A stretch of DNA of 63,985 nucleotides, counting the filler, from Pelomyxa schiedti (lineage: Eukaryota; Protista; Evosea), in assembly GCA_020536535.1 (NCBI GenBank). It is 9 parts of 9 records of this genome, joined end to end, with 100 filler letters (N's around TTAATTAATTAA, not from the genome) between each part and the next. Parts side by side here need not be neighbours in the genome. Positions count along the whole stretch, not along the records: positions 19,910 to 26,113 come from JAHLWZ010001437.1; positions 26,214 to 51,372 come from JAHLWZ010000397.1; 7 more parts are not named here. One strand, 5' to 3'. Positions 23,161 to 35,384 of the stretch are shown here, in pieces. Positions within the stretch are counted from its first letter, which is position 1. Each line of letters starts with the position of its first letter. A program made the translations under genes and the position numbers. The notes under the pieces are model-generated. The model was not told the origin of the DNA and made no database searches. It was given only the letters and a program-made list of their open reading frames with translations.

Positions 23161-24184
23161 CTAAGTAAATAAGAAAGAAAGTGCTGTTCCATTGAGGTTG
23201 TTATTTACCACTTTCAGTTGTTTGTGCTGAGCAGAAATTTGGTGGGTATTAACATTATTCTTGTGGAGACTTACTTCCAATAATGCTTTCACAGTGAGCT
23301 GTAATAAATGGCAACCACAAGGGATCTGCATGAACTGCAGTTGCTGTGCAGTAGCCTTCACATTGCTGCCACCATCACAGTTGAAGGCAAATATTCTGAG
23401 TGAACATCAGGTGTTGCATAGGGATGCAATGTATTCTGCATAAGAATTGGCTGTGGAATCAGTGGTGACTTTCACTCCAGCAAGAAACTCCAAAGGTGCC
23501 CACTGCTCAGTTATGACATGAAATATCACCCCAAAGTAGCTATGTTTGATGTGAAGAATAGGCTGTGGGAAAAAGAAAACCATTGATGACCATGCATCCA
23601 CTTCAATGCTAGCATATTTTGTACCACCCAAAGCATGTTTTATCTAAATACTCATAAATTTTCGAACCACAGTGATGTATACCTGGTCCATCACTTCACT
23701 GTGCAGTGGTGGGACTTCAACTGATCTTAGATGACTTCTAGCAGGCACTGTGAAAGCAGGATTTAACTCACACACAAATGCACGAAATACTGCATTTTCC
23801 ACAATGCCCACAGCAGATGAGTTGTGCAAGGCTTCGATTCAACTTAGCTTTGGCAGTGTCTGACAATGTTGGCAAACAAGGCTCCTTTACAGTGTAAAAC
23901 ACAGTCAAAAGAAAAACAACAGCACAGAGATGATGCAGCATTGATGAAGTGGATTTCTTGTTGGCCCAACTCTGTGAGCACAACGCACACTGCACCTTAC
24001 CACCAGACACTTCTTGAAAATGCCTCCATCCTCTGCTACACTTATGGCGCCAAGGTGGCAGTGGTGTGATGTTGGTACTCATCAAGTTGTAATTTATATT
24101 TTTCCTCCTCGACCAGAGGGAATAAAAATGCTGTGATTGGGATGATTTCGAAGAAAATGAATTGTCTTTGACAAAGTTAGACAC
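23161..24184 (-). mobile_element. hAT transposase remnant (BED finger + partial DDE) with introns
   Basis: WRHFQ..KVQCALC..STSSMLHHL; IVENAVFRAFVCELNPAFTVPAR; ASIEVDAWSS; DGGSNVK; IPCGCHLLQLTV; intron 23644-23682. Confidence 0.8.
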
Positions 24185-25387
24185 AAGCTTGTGCTTATTG
24201 ACAGGGTGGGGAGGGGTTCATGAAAACCTGACCAAACTCCACCCCTGCCTTCAACAGGGTGATGCACACAGTCAGGATCACTTTCACAAAAGTGACATAG
24301 TTCAGAGATTGTGTGACTAAAAAACAAAACTAAACTAAACAAAAAAGTCTCCAGCAACAAGAAGATAATGCATCATTCAATTACCAATAGACAGATTTAC
24401 ACATGGAGTGGGGCATTTTGTGGCAGTTGAATGTGGAGCTGAGGAGCAGGTGTAGCAAACCTGCACACTAAAGCCTTGAGGTGTGTGCAGCCAAGCGATT
24501 TGTACCCCATCGCTGACTTTGGGTGTGTGGTGCCTTGCTTTTGCTTGGCTGCCCAGACCAGACAGACATCCATACTTTGCTGCAACAGAGGAGCTTTGGG
24601 GGTTTCTTGCTTGCACTGGTTGTTGTTTGGCTGAGCCTGCCTGCTGCGTTTTAGAGCTTAGAGCTGGGGGGGCACACGCCCAAAGGCTGATTCGCAGTGT
24701 TGCCCACCACGCTTCATCCTTGGGGGAAAAATGCACACACCAGCCCCCCACTCACACCCACAATGGCAAGGCAACAACCAAAGCAGAACCCAAAAGAACA
24801 GTCAGTCCGGTCCATCCATCCACCAATGATGCTGCCTGCTACTACTACTGCCACTGCCAATGCGAAAAACGACACGTGGTTTTCCCCGCCTTGGGTTTTT
24901 TTTTTTTCTTGTTGTCCAATCCCAGAGGTTGTTGTGTGAGGGACTCAAGGGTCAGAGACACGAGCCCCGTTTAACTCTATTATGAAATGGACACACCAGC
25001 TGGAGTCTTGTGGAAGTTGATGGACCAGAGTCCTGATGAGGGTCAACAACCAAGAATCAAGAAGAAAAAAAGACGAAACCAAATAACTTGGGTGGGACGC
25101 AGGCCACACAACGGCGGGTTCCACAAGCAACACAAGTCACTCAGCAGTCGCGTACAACGAACGAGGATACCAACGGCGTCGCGCGGTGACCAGAACCAAG
25201 TTGGTCGAGTCGGAGCCTCGAAGACACAAAGAAACAGATGCGTGAACCGTGTTGGTGGGTGCACCCACGATGGTCCGACAAGTCTTGAGGACTCTTGTGT
25301 TACGTGGTTAAGGGAAATGGGCTTGATGGTGTAAATGTCGATAATAGCCAATGAGACCTAAGAAGCTACGAACTTCTCTCACATTCT

Positions 25388-26113
25388 TTGGGTGGAGTGA
25401 GATCTCATACTGCTTCAGTTCCTGTACTAGAGATGATATGTCTATCAAGATATCGAAGTTTCTTCTTCGCAAACTGGCATTTGGCAATGGTTACTTGTAA
25501 ACCTGCCTATCTCCAACACTCCAAAACCTCCACTTTTCAAATCGATTCCAGTACCAATCACATGCTCCAAGATTCTCTAAAGTGTCATCAATACGTGGCA
25601 TTGGAAACGCCACTTTCTTGGTGACTTCATTCAGTTTCCTGTAATCAAAACGAAATCTAATACTTCCATCAGGCTTCTTCTGTAATACAACACCACATGA
25701 GCTGCCCATGGTGTATTTGACGGTTTGCTGATTCCGGCTTTGAGGTTCTTCTGAACTTCTTGTTCAGCCACTGGCTCGGCATCGCCTGTATCGATATCAT
25801 TCTTCACCAAGGTTGTTTTCCCGTAGTAACGCCGTCACTTATGACACCAAGATCGTTCAGAAGCCATTTCCGTACTCGTTGACTGTCTTTCTTTTCTAAA
25901 TGAGACAAATCGAGGTACTTGATAAGCTCTATCTTGCGCTTATCTGACTCTGATAGGGGATTTTCTGATTGCTTGTGATGAATCGCGGGTGGCTTCTCTT
26001 CTACCTTCTCTGATTTCACTTGCGGTAGAGAAGATTCTACCTCTTGATTCTTGATTGGTCGATTGATTTCTGATACCGATGGATTCACACCTGGCTTGGT
26101 CTCAGGCTTTTTA
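25388..26113 (-). mobile_element. Ty3/Gypsy reverse transcriptase remnant
   Basis: KKPDGSIRFRFDYRKLNEVTKKVAFPMPRIDDTLENL, IDLKSG; frameshifted and internally deleted. Confidence 0.85.
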
Positions 26114-26213
26114 NNNNNNNNNNNNNNNNNNNNNNNNNNNNNNNNNNNNNNNNNNNNTTAATTAATTAANNNNNNNNNNNNNNNNNNNNNNNNNNNNNNN
26201 NNNNNNNNNNNNN

Positions 26214-26418
26214 TGATTGTGGGACGGACCCAGTCGAACCACAGCGTGCGGACCAGCGAGGTGGCGAGGCCGCGTCCCATAACCCGCTGCATCGCGCTGT
26301 CGGCCCCGCACCGCGCGACGGTCGCGCCTGCGGCCAGGGCACCAAGTTGGCCGAGGGTGGTGGCGGCACCCGTTGATGTCGCTTCGTTGCCTTCCGTGCT
26401 CCACCTTGTCATTGACAT
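26214..26418 (-). CDS. RCG-motif family protein, 5' part (cut by contig end); close paralog of the 29951 gene
   Basis: GQLGALAAGATVARCGADSAMQRVMGRGLATSLVRTLWFDWV. Confidence 0.7.
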
Positions 26419-26585
26419 GATGGTTTTAAGTAAGCAACAGAAAACTGAATGGATGACTTTTCGAAGGAAAAAGCAAAAAAAAACCCTTGGATACGCCGAT
26501 AAAGTCGAACTTGATCGGCGGCGAGGCTGCGGAGTGTATTTCTTAACAGGTGTTGAGAAACAGATCTATAGAAGAAGGAACACAA

Positions 26586-27809
26586 ATGATGAACGACGCT
26601 CCTCTCGTTGTGGAGATGAATGGCACAACAGCCGTGAGCCAGTTTGTTGCCCTTTTGTCGTCGTCGCACCCTCGTTGTGGTGTGTGCAGCCCGGCACGCA
26701 TCATCTGCTCCGTGGGTCCCATAATGTGTTCCATGTGGCGCGACTTTGTGGTGGCAACGGCGCACCATTTAGTTGTGGTGCTTGGGCCATACCTCTACCC
26801 GCCAACAGCATACTCGGTTCCCATGATCGTGTCCCCACTGCTCGACAGTGTGCTGAACAGCAGCAGTGTCACATGCTCATCAACGAAAGGAGACCTCAAG
26901 TGGCTTGCACCACACTTCGCAATGGAGACCAAGCTTGGGCCTACCAATGGCGCTGTCGTGACGGCTGGGGTGATTGATGATCGTCCCACAATTTACCTTC
27001 AAGCTGGCTTCCACAGCCCGTCCAGTTTTGCCAACAGCAGGTGGTTGATTGTCCCTGATGACTCTGGGCACGCACTGGTAATCAGGAGGCTGCCTGAGGA
27101 ATCGTCAATGCGCAACTGGAACAGTTGTGACTGTGTTTTAGTGGAGCCTGCTCTTGAGGTGTTGATTCCTGAGAGTGACGTGGGGGGCACAATTGGTTTT
27201 TTTGACAACTTGCTTGATCCTGATGAGGTTCTGATGTGCAGCACTTTCCAGAGGAAAACTGTACTCACGCTGATTGATGTTGGCAGCACAGTCCAATCAA
27301 AGAAGCTTGTTGTTGTGGGTTCTGGACAACTCAGCTGGGAATACATTTTCCACACGTGTGGTTCTGCTTGTGTGATGAGGAGAAGGAGTGGTGGAGTTGT
27401 TTTCGTGGTGTCAACCATTGAGAAGCGAGACAGGTTTGAGATCGCAGAGAGCAGGGCTGTTAAGGCAGTTGACAGCACAACAGGGAGTGTCAAGCAGCTG
27501 TCACCCAGGGGAATTGCTGTCATCCATGTCAATTCGTCTGTGTTCTGCATTTGCCCCAAGGAAATGGCATCGTATGAGGTGTGGGACTGCAACAACCTCG
27601 ATCAACCACTGAGGATTGTGGAGACTGTGTGCGCAATTGCAAGCACAACCAACCAGGTTGTTGGTGGGAGGTGTTTCATGTTTGTGGTGCTTGACGGTAA
27701 GGTTGTGGTGATGGACACAATGTCAGGCTTCATCATCACCTCTTTTCTTTCGGTCACTCCATTCTCATTCAACTCCCACATAAGCAAGTGCAACTCCCTT
27801 TTGTACTGA
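26586..27809 (+). CDS. RCG-motif family protein (intronless)
   Basis: SQFVALLSSSHPRCGVCSPARII...MWRDFVV; ANSRWLI; YEVWDCNNLDQPL; VVMDTMSGFII. Confidence 0.8.
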   Translation: MMNDAPLVVEMNGTTAVSQFVALLSSSHPRCGVCSPARIICSVGPIMCSMWRDFVVATAHHLVVVLGPYLYPPTAYSVPMIVSPLLDSVLNSSSVTCSSTKGDLKWLAPHFAMETKLGPTNGAVVTAGVIDDRPTIYLQAGFHSPSSFANSRWLIVPDDSGHALVIRRLPEESSMRNWNSCDCVLVEPALEVLIPESDVGGTIGFFDNLLDPDEVLMCSTFQRKTVLTLIDVGSTVQSKKLVVVGSGQLSWEYIFHTCGSACVMRRRSGGVVFVVSTIEKRDRFEIAESRAVKAVDSTTGSVKQLSPRGIAVIHVNSSVFCICPKEMASYEVWDCNNLDQPLRIVETVCAIASTTNQVVGGRCFMFVVLDGKVVVMDTMSGFIITSFLSVTPFSFNSHISKCNSLLY

Positions 27810-28150
27810 CAGTGGCAAAACAATTATTACTCCCGATAAATAAATTTATTCTGAAGTGGGAGAATAAAGAGTTCTCGTTGTTCTCGGTAGCTAGATAGAC
27901 TTTAGATCGCGGGATTAGAATGGCAAGAGATTCACCAAAGCTAAGCTTGACACCTTTGGCACCATTCCCCTGCATAGCATTTATAAGATCTCCGTTTCAA
28001 CGAGATCACAATGGTCGTTAAATTGGTTGAGTAATTGAGTGTTGAATAGACTATTGTTGCGTTTGAGTTATTTGGTCTTGTGAAGGAAGAGCTAAGTCGC
28101 TATTACGAGCGTTGTGTAGCGTATTGTGTTTAGTTGAAATTCTTTTACTT

Positions 28151-28818
28151 TCAGAACAAGAAACAAGAGAAGGGATGGTAAAGGTTGAGGGAACTGACAT
28201 CAGGAAAATTGAGGTTGACAACAACGGTAGTTGGCTCAATGACCTCAATCATGTTGGGAAATTCCTTGAAGATGAATCCTGACTCTGCTGTCACCTGAAA
28301 ATTACTCATTTGGGAATTGGCTTGTTGAAAGAGATTCAGTGGTTGTGCAGAATTATCACGGTGGTAGATGTGCTGCTCACCTGTGCAACAGGACACACAG
28401 AACAGTGAATCAGACATAAGAAGAAGCACGAGATGATGCTGCGGTGCGGCAGGCTTGGGGACACGCTGGCGAGGTCCCTTGGGGGAATGCACACTGGTCT
28501 CTGTGACAGGCTCATGAGGAGAGGGCAGAATGCAAACCTCACTGAAATGTCTTGTGGGTTGCAGGGGTGGGACCCACTGCGTACGGTGCTCACGTCCAGG
28601 ATGAAAAGCCTGATTGTGGGACGTACCACGTCAAACCACAGCATGGCAACGAACGACGTGGCTGGGGCCTGTCCCATAACCTGGAGAATCGGGGCACAGG
28701 CACCGCACCTGGCGACCGAACCAGCAGCCAGTGCGCCAAGTTGGCGCTGTGTCGTCAGCCCGGCAAATGGTGTCGTGTCTTGACACCTGTGACTGGCAGT
28801 TACACTCCACGTTGTCAT
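28151..28818 (-). pseudogene. RCG-motif family gene, internally deleted and frameshifted
   Basis: The N-terminus RQLGALAAGSVARCGACAP joins out of frame to the C-terminus DSLFCVS...AESGFIF...HPFSCFLF; only about 670 bp. Confidence 0.6.
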
Positions 28819-28870
28819 GAAGTTGTTGATGATTTCAAAGAAAATGAAATGCCTTGACTAATCACAAGAA

Positions 28871-29951
28871 CTATCTTTTACTTTCATGTGACAAGAAACA
28901 AGAGAAAGGAGAAGTGAGGTTGATGGAACTGAAATCAGGAAAGGTGATTGTGAGGATCACGAAGCCCGTTGTTGGGTCAATCACATCAACCATGTTGGCA
29001 AACACATTGAACACGAACCCAGACACTGCCATGAACCTCCTCACGTGTTTGCCCCTGTGTTTTGTCTTGTTGCGTTTGAGTTCCTGAAGAACATCCAGAG
29101 GCACAGTGGGCTGATCACGGTGATAGAATCTGAACCACTCCTGCTGTTTGTTGGTTTGGAAGGACACACAGAACAGTGAGTCTGAAACCCTGAACACATC
29201 AACCACGTTCCGATGAATCAGCGTGGAAATTCCAGTTGATTCCACAATGTGATCGACTGGAATGGTGGCCACCATCTCCACAATAACCATTGCCATCACT
29301 GCCACCACCACAACAACAACAACAACAAGGCACCATCTTGGCCACAGTCAAAAAAGCAGGCAGGCCGTGGCCCTCTCGGCGGTACGACACCACCGCCGCC
29401 CATTTGGCGGTGACTGTGAATTCGTACTCGTAGTCCTTGCCGGGTGTGTCCCCTCGCGCGCACGTGACCCACGGGGTTCTGGGGACCACAGGGTCCCAGA
29501 CGCTGAGCTCGAAGCCATCCCAGGGCTGCTGCGTGTACTGGCCGTTGGTGATGTGGGCAACACGGCGGCCGTCGAACAGCCGGCCATACTGCAGGGGCAC
29601 GAGTGTGGGGCCGGGGCCGTGGCTGCTGCTGGTTCCTGCGACACTGAGAAGGAGCGGGGAGAGGGCGAACGAGACGGCGCGGTAGGCGGTGCTGGGGACC
29701 CCTGTGGTGCCGTCGTGGACGCAGGAGACTTGGAGGAGGAAAACCTTGATTGTGGGACGGACCCAGTCGAACCACAGCGTGCGGACCAGCGAGGTGGCGA
29801 GGCCGCGTCCCATAATCCGCTGCATGGCGCTGTTGGCCCCGCACCGCGCGACGGTCGCGCCTGCGGCGAGGGCACCAAGTTGGCCGAACGTGGTGGCGGC
29901 ACCCGTTGATGTCACCTCGTTGTCTGCCGTTGCCCACCTTGTAATGGACAT
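28871..29951 (-). pseudogene. RCG-motif family gene with frame break near 29230-29330
   Basis: MSITRWAT..GQLGALAAGATVARCG in one frame; the C-terminus SDSLFCVSF..AVSGFVF..SPFSCFL in another. Confidence 0.6.
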
Positions 29952-29994
29952 GATGGTTTTCTGAGAAGTAAACAACAGGAAAGAAGAACGGAAG

Positions 29995-31192
29995 ATGGCC
30001 GACGGTGATGTGGTCGTGATCGACACCGAATTCGAAACTGATGCACGTGCCCAATTCATTGCCCTCGGCGTTGGTGTCATTGTGGGACGTTGTGGGGGAT
30101 CCAGCCCTGTTTCGGCCCTCACGCCGTCGTCCCTGTCGATCCTTGGTCGCGATTGGATCGTGTTCCCCGCCAGAGTCGTTGTTGCCAAGCTGGCGCGCAG
30201 AGACGCAAAGAAGTACGTCAAGATCAGCGTGTCGCCGACGCTTGGGCTCGTGGGCCATCCCACAATTGTCCCGTTTGGTCGCCACCAAGTCAGCAGTTTC
30301 TTCCACTGGGTCGGGCCTCTGTCTTGCGGTGATCGGTTCGCCCTGGTGTTTGCCCGGGTGGGAGCAAATCATGACCCTTGGGAGTTGGAAGTATGTGCGA
30401 TTGACACCAGATTCAGTGGGCAGAGGAGGCGTGATGATGATGCCCTTGCTGTTGGTGGGGGGGAGCGGGATGTGAAGCTCATAATGAGGGTGGACCTGTC
30501 CAGGCCTTGGTGCAGCAACAGGCGCTGGGTCGTGGGCTCAGGGGCACAAGGTGGATTTCCGACCGCTCTGAGCCTGTGGAACCTCGATGGTGTCGAGCAT
30601 GGAGATGGAACGGAAAGTAGAATCGAGGTCACGATGCCGGGAATGGTGGCAAGGATGGCATTTGGTGGTTGCAAGAGTGGCAGCTCCTTGGTGGTGCAGT
30701 GGAAAGGTGGCGTACTGCTGATTGACCTGGAGGCCACTGCTGCACAGAACAGGCTGGTTTCCACACCACTGTCATTTATCACACTCGATGATGGGAATAC
30801 ATTCACATGTGTGCTGGCAGGGAATGGACTATGGGCTGCTCTCTTACGAGCAAGGCCTTCTTTGCCTGAGCACTGGCCAGAGGAGGGCAATCCGCCCTGA
30901 GACCACATGTGCCATTGGTGGGCCCTATGCAGCTATCTACAGATACCAACACCGAGACTACACTGAAATAGAGGTGTACAGTATGTTTGAACCAACCAAG
31001 GTGTGCTGCACACACAGGGCACAGAGGGGAAGGCAGAGATTGGAGATTGGGAATGAAACTGTTCTCCTGGATGATGATGTATCCATCAGAGTCATTGACG
31101 CTGTGTCTGGATTGCTTCTGTGCAAGATGTTTGTCAAAGGCTTCCGTGCCACTGAAATTTCCAACCACAGCAATAACCGACAAAATTTGTAG
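29995..31192 (+). pseudogene. RCG-motif family gene with one frameshift near 30805
   Basis: RAQFIALGVGVIVGRCGGSSPVSALTPSSLSILGRDWIV; the C-terminus LLCLSTGQRR..IRVIDAVSGLLL is in ORF 30722-31192. Confidence 0.65.
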
Positions 31193-31299
31193 CTTTTCAT
31201 GAAAGCACACTTCAGCACCACAGAGGCACTGATGACATTAAAAATGGAAAAAGAGCTTTTGTTTTTTGGTTTGTTGTACAGATATGAATCAGTAGTAAC

Positions 31300-32367
31300 T
31301 TATGAAATCACTCGTCTGAAACAACAGGGGAGCAGATGTTGGCTATGTATTCCATCATCTTTGTTTGCATGTGCCAGCATGTACCATCTGAGCGCCTCCT
31401 TGATGTCACTGAACCCCATGTGCCCCCTCTCCAGTGCCCTGGCGTACATCACCTGTGCACTGCTGTGTCCCCAGTCTGCTGCCTCCCTCAGCACAGTGAT
31501 ACCTTCTTTTGGGTTTGGTGCAGTGCCACCATCCCCAGTTCCAACTGTGAGGAAGTATCCCAACTGTGCCATGGCATCAGGGAACACCTGCTGTGCTGCA
31601 ACAGAGTACATTCTCACAGCCTCTGTGATGTCCTGCCCAACACCTTCGCCAGTTTCCAGGCAGGTGGCCACCTCAGTCTGACATGGTGCTGAGTTCATGC
31701 TGGCACCCATCTTGAACAGCCTGAATGCCTCATTCTCGTTCTTTGGAACTCCATTTCCCTTGAGGTAACACAGTGCCAGGTTCCTCATTGACAGAACGCT
31801 GCCCTGTGACACACCTTTCCTGAAGTATTCTGCTGCGAGTGTTGTGTCCTTGTCCACACCAACACCAAGGGAGTATATCACACCCAAGAGGTAATTCCCA
31901 GCCGAACTCAGTGATGCCTCTTGTGATTCAACAGCTCTGTGGGCAATCCTCCTGAAAAAGAGCTTTTGTGCTTGCGTTCCAGCCATTCCTCTGTCCAGGA
32001 ATTCGTCCAAGGGATCCACAGCAAAGGGCCTCATCGCAGAGAATTCCTTTGTGGCAACAAACACAGCCCACCTCAACAAGAACCATGCAATGGTCTCGGT
32101 GACTGCAAGAGAGTCTCCTCCAAGTGACTCACAATTGTCGGGTTGCAGTGCGCTTGTATTTTTCATCCTTGTGTTCCATTTTTCCACCCATCTGGCACCA
32201 ACATCATGACAGTGATGATGATGACTAGGTTTCGTTTCATCTCGTTCAGTGTCTGTTGTTTTTGCCACCATCAACAGCATTTCGTTGCACCTTGGGATTG
32301 CCTCCTTGAAGTTGCCATTTGCACACATTCTCACTGTCTCGATCACAAAGTCATCGACAGCCGTCAT
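31300..32367 (-). CDS. Sel1-like repeat protein (intronless)
   Basis: LLGVIYSLGVGVDKD, LALCYLKGNGVPKN, VATCLETGEGVGQD, AMAQLGYFL, EALRWYMLA. Confidence 0.85.
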   Translation of the reverse strand: MTAVDDFVIETVRMCANGNFKEAIPRCNEMLLMVAKTTDTERDETKPSHHHHCHDVGARWVEKWNTRMKNTSALQPDNCESLGGDSLAVTETIAWFLLRWAVFVATKEFSAMRPFAVDPLDEFLDRGMAGTQAQKLFFRRIAHRAVESQEASLSSAGNYLLGVIYSLGVGVDKDTTLAAEYFRKGVSQGSVLSMRNLALCYLKGNGVPKNENEAFRLFKMGASMNSAPCQTEVATCLETGEGVGQDITEAVRMYSVAAQQVFPDAMAQLGYFLTVGTGDGGTAPNPKEGITVLREAADWGHSSAQVMYARALERGHMGFSDIKEALRWYMLAHANKDDGIHSQHLLPCCFRRVIS

Positions 32368-34223
32368 CGTTTCGTGTTGGAGAATTCGGCTGTTTCTGAG
32401 AAAAAACCGATGATGACGACGTCCCTTTGTTTTCAGAGTGACGGCAGCCCTACGAGGGACCAAATATGGTGCTGGTGGGTCCCCGTTGTGGATGCGGTTT
32501 CCGCAACAAATTCTTCGTTTTGTGTCTTTCCGATTCGTTTATTTATGTTGCGCTTTCAACGCTCCTCCGCACCTTCAACTGACAACAAGTTGGTTTTGAT
32601 CGGAGGAGGGTTGTTGGCAGTTTTACTGTGTCTACTACGAAATTTTTCGACTTTAGAGTGTATTTTGTTTCGGTATGTTTTGTTTGTACAAGATCTAGCT
32701 TTGTGTTTGTTTGGTTTTGGACTTGTTCGGTTTTGTCCTTGTTCTCACATCAACACAGACAACAACGAGAAGAAGCGGACATTGACATTTCTGACAACAC
32801 AGTGTGTCCCCAATGCATTGCACCACACGCGGTAAAGGTGTGTTTCTGGCACCTTTACCTTTCTTTTTTTCTGTCTTCACTCACATACATACTTTAAAAA
32901 ATGATAAACATCATGCATACAACATCTGAAAAACGAATTCGTTCATAGAAGTTTATGCATGATAGAAAGCTGCAAATTTGAAGCTTGGAATAATCAAGCC
33001 ATAACTACATACATAGATTAATTTGGCTCCATTTACAATAGGTGAATTAAATTTGTTTGTATTTATTGTTTTGGTTTTGTGGGATTGTATTTGCGTTTTA
33101 ATAAGTTGTTGCACTTATTCTGTGTGCGCACTGACCAGATGCAAAGCTACGTCGATTCCCGCTCTTAGTATTGCCCTAGAAGCGGGTTTAATCAGCCTAA
33201 AATGATTTTACTTCGTTAGTTATCGATTTTCAAAGTAGTACATACAATCTGAAAACAAACACCACCACAGAGTGCATATTGCCAATTCACTGGCGTTGTT
33301 GTCTTCTTTGCCACAACTGTTCTATTTGCTTGTTTATTTATAGGAGTGGTGTTTTTGATTTTATTATTTAACAAATTTATTTTGTTATAAATAATAATTA
33401 ATTGCACCTCCAGTTCTTTTTTCCATTCAACCTGTATTAGAAGTCTCCGCATTACCAGTATTTACAGCAGCTTTCCACCAGTATGTGACTTCTTCTTTCT
33501 TCGTTTTCTCACATAGGATAATTTAGGTGCCAGATGTGGTGGCTGGAATCCCAGCTGGTTAGGTAACTTCCTTCTGTATTTTCTGAGACTAGCATGGTGG
33601 TATGTAGCTTTTTTTTTTAAAGTTGTAGGCCTTATCAAGTCGTAAATGTGTAAAAAACAATTAAAAAATAAATTAAAGAAGAAACAAACACATTCATAAA
33701 GAAAACAATTAATATTAGATGGCACAATGTGATGGAATATACAACACAAGGCTGGTACCACATTTGGTATCCCCTTGTAGCAGCAATTTTTTTGATGGTA
33801 GTGGAGATAAACAAAGAGGCAAGTCACTGCACAGTCTCCACAACCCCAAACATGCCATTTATGTTGGGGCCACACAGCTGTGGCAAGACCTGACAGCAAA
33901 CACACACACTGTGCCGCCACTGAGGCAACCACCCTGGGGCACAAAACTTAGACAAATCCCAGCAAAATCGGCTGCTTCTCACTGCCGTGCACACTAAAAA
34001 TTGTTTCTTTGCACCCAATGTACAATAAAACAACACTCATCAATAACATCAGGTCACTGTTCCATGTCATAGATAAACCAAAGACACCAAAACAAACACC
34101 CCACTGGTGAGTGAGAACCAGTGCCAGGTGTCTTAGACAAAATACACACAAAAAGGGAGAAAAAGGCAACCACCCAAAAGCGGGAGCACAGCGAACCTCT
34201 TTTGGGTGGGTAGCCACCAAAAC

Positions 34224-34495
34224 GGCGAAAGTTTGCATGTTGTGGCAAAGGGCAGTTACAGGCCTTGGGTCTGAGGATGAGTCGAAATGAACTCAACCTG
34301 GAAATTGGCACTTTCCCATGGGAACCGGTGAACCCTGGGGCAATGGAGCCACAATGGGGGGTGACCTTGGAATGTGACATGGTGGATGAACAGCATGATT
34401 GGCAGAGTGGCGAAAGTTTGCATGTTGTGGCAAAGGGCAGTTACAGGCCTTGGGTCTGAGGATGAGTCGAAATGAACTCAACCTGGAAATTGGCA
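34224..34495. repeat. 87-bp perfect direct repeat (34224-34310 and 34409-34495)
   Basis: ggcgaaagtttgcatg...acctggaaattggca appears twice. Confidence 0.9.
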
Positions 34496-35384
34496 TCATT
34501 GCTGTTCCAAGCTTGGTCATTACGGGTGCCTGACAGCATGTTAGTGGGACCAGGGAAGGTTATGGTGGGTACAAACCGAACAGTTTCCAAAGGTGTCCGC
34601 TTTAGTATGTGGAAAACGTGAGAGGAAGAAAGAGGAAAGACAAGGGGACCTACCCAACTTCCCAGGCACCAGCTGGGTGGAGTTAGTGTAAGTTGGGAAC
34701 ACGGCAGAGTGGAGTGTAGGAGCCCAGTGAGCGGGAGTGTTGGTGTGCAAGAGCAAGAGCAAGAGCAAGGGGTGTTAGTGCCGAGGTGAAACAGGTGAAG
34801 GCGGGTAAAGCCTGGCATGCACTATGTTTGTCAGTGGCGTCCATTGTCCTGTTGTTGTTGAGTGGTGATAAGTTAAGGGAGAGGGAATGCACCTTGGTGA
34901 TAGATTGTCAGCAGGTCCGCCACCTGAATAATATGTGGGCTGCCTGGGAAAGAAAAAAAAGAAGCCACCTACCAGCATCACTGTTCAATGTGCTGGAAAT
35001 GCAGGAAAGGGCTGTGGTGTGCAACACTGGAACCTGGGTCTGGGTACCTACATGTGAAAGTGTTTCCTTAAATGCAGACTACACTGGACAATGTGGGTGA
35101 TAATACAAAGGGAGGTGGATTTACCGTGGCAATGACAAGTTGCAACACGACCTGATTATAAAGTGTGAGAACTTGAAAAAGAAAAACAGAGAAGATACCT
35201 GTAGCTCTGGCTTGGTTCAGAAGTCTGACTGAGTGCCGGAGGGAATCAGCCCTATGTTGCCATGAGGAAATGGAACACAACAGTAAGTTTAACACAAGAC
35301 TAAGGAAGAACAATACAAGACAAACAAAACGAAACAACACGAAACGGAGTGAAACGAAACGAAACAAAACAAAACAAAACAAAA

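Noticed and set aside
28151-31192. Programmed frameshifting or an alternative genetic code in RCG genes
   Set aside because: The breaks occur at different positions without a shared slippery site, and TAA, TAG and TGA all terminate conserved genes. Decay or sequencing error is simpler.
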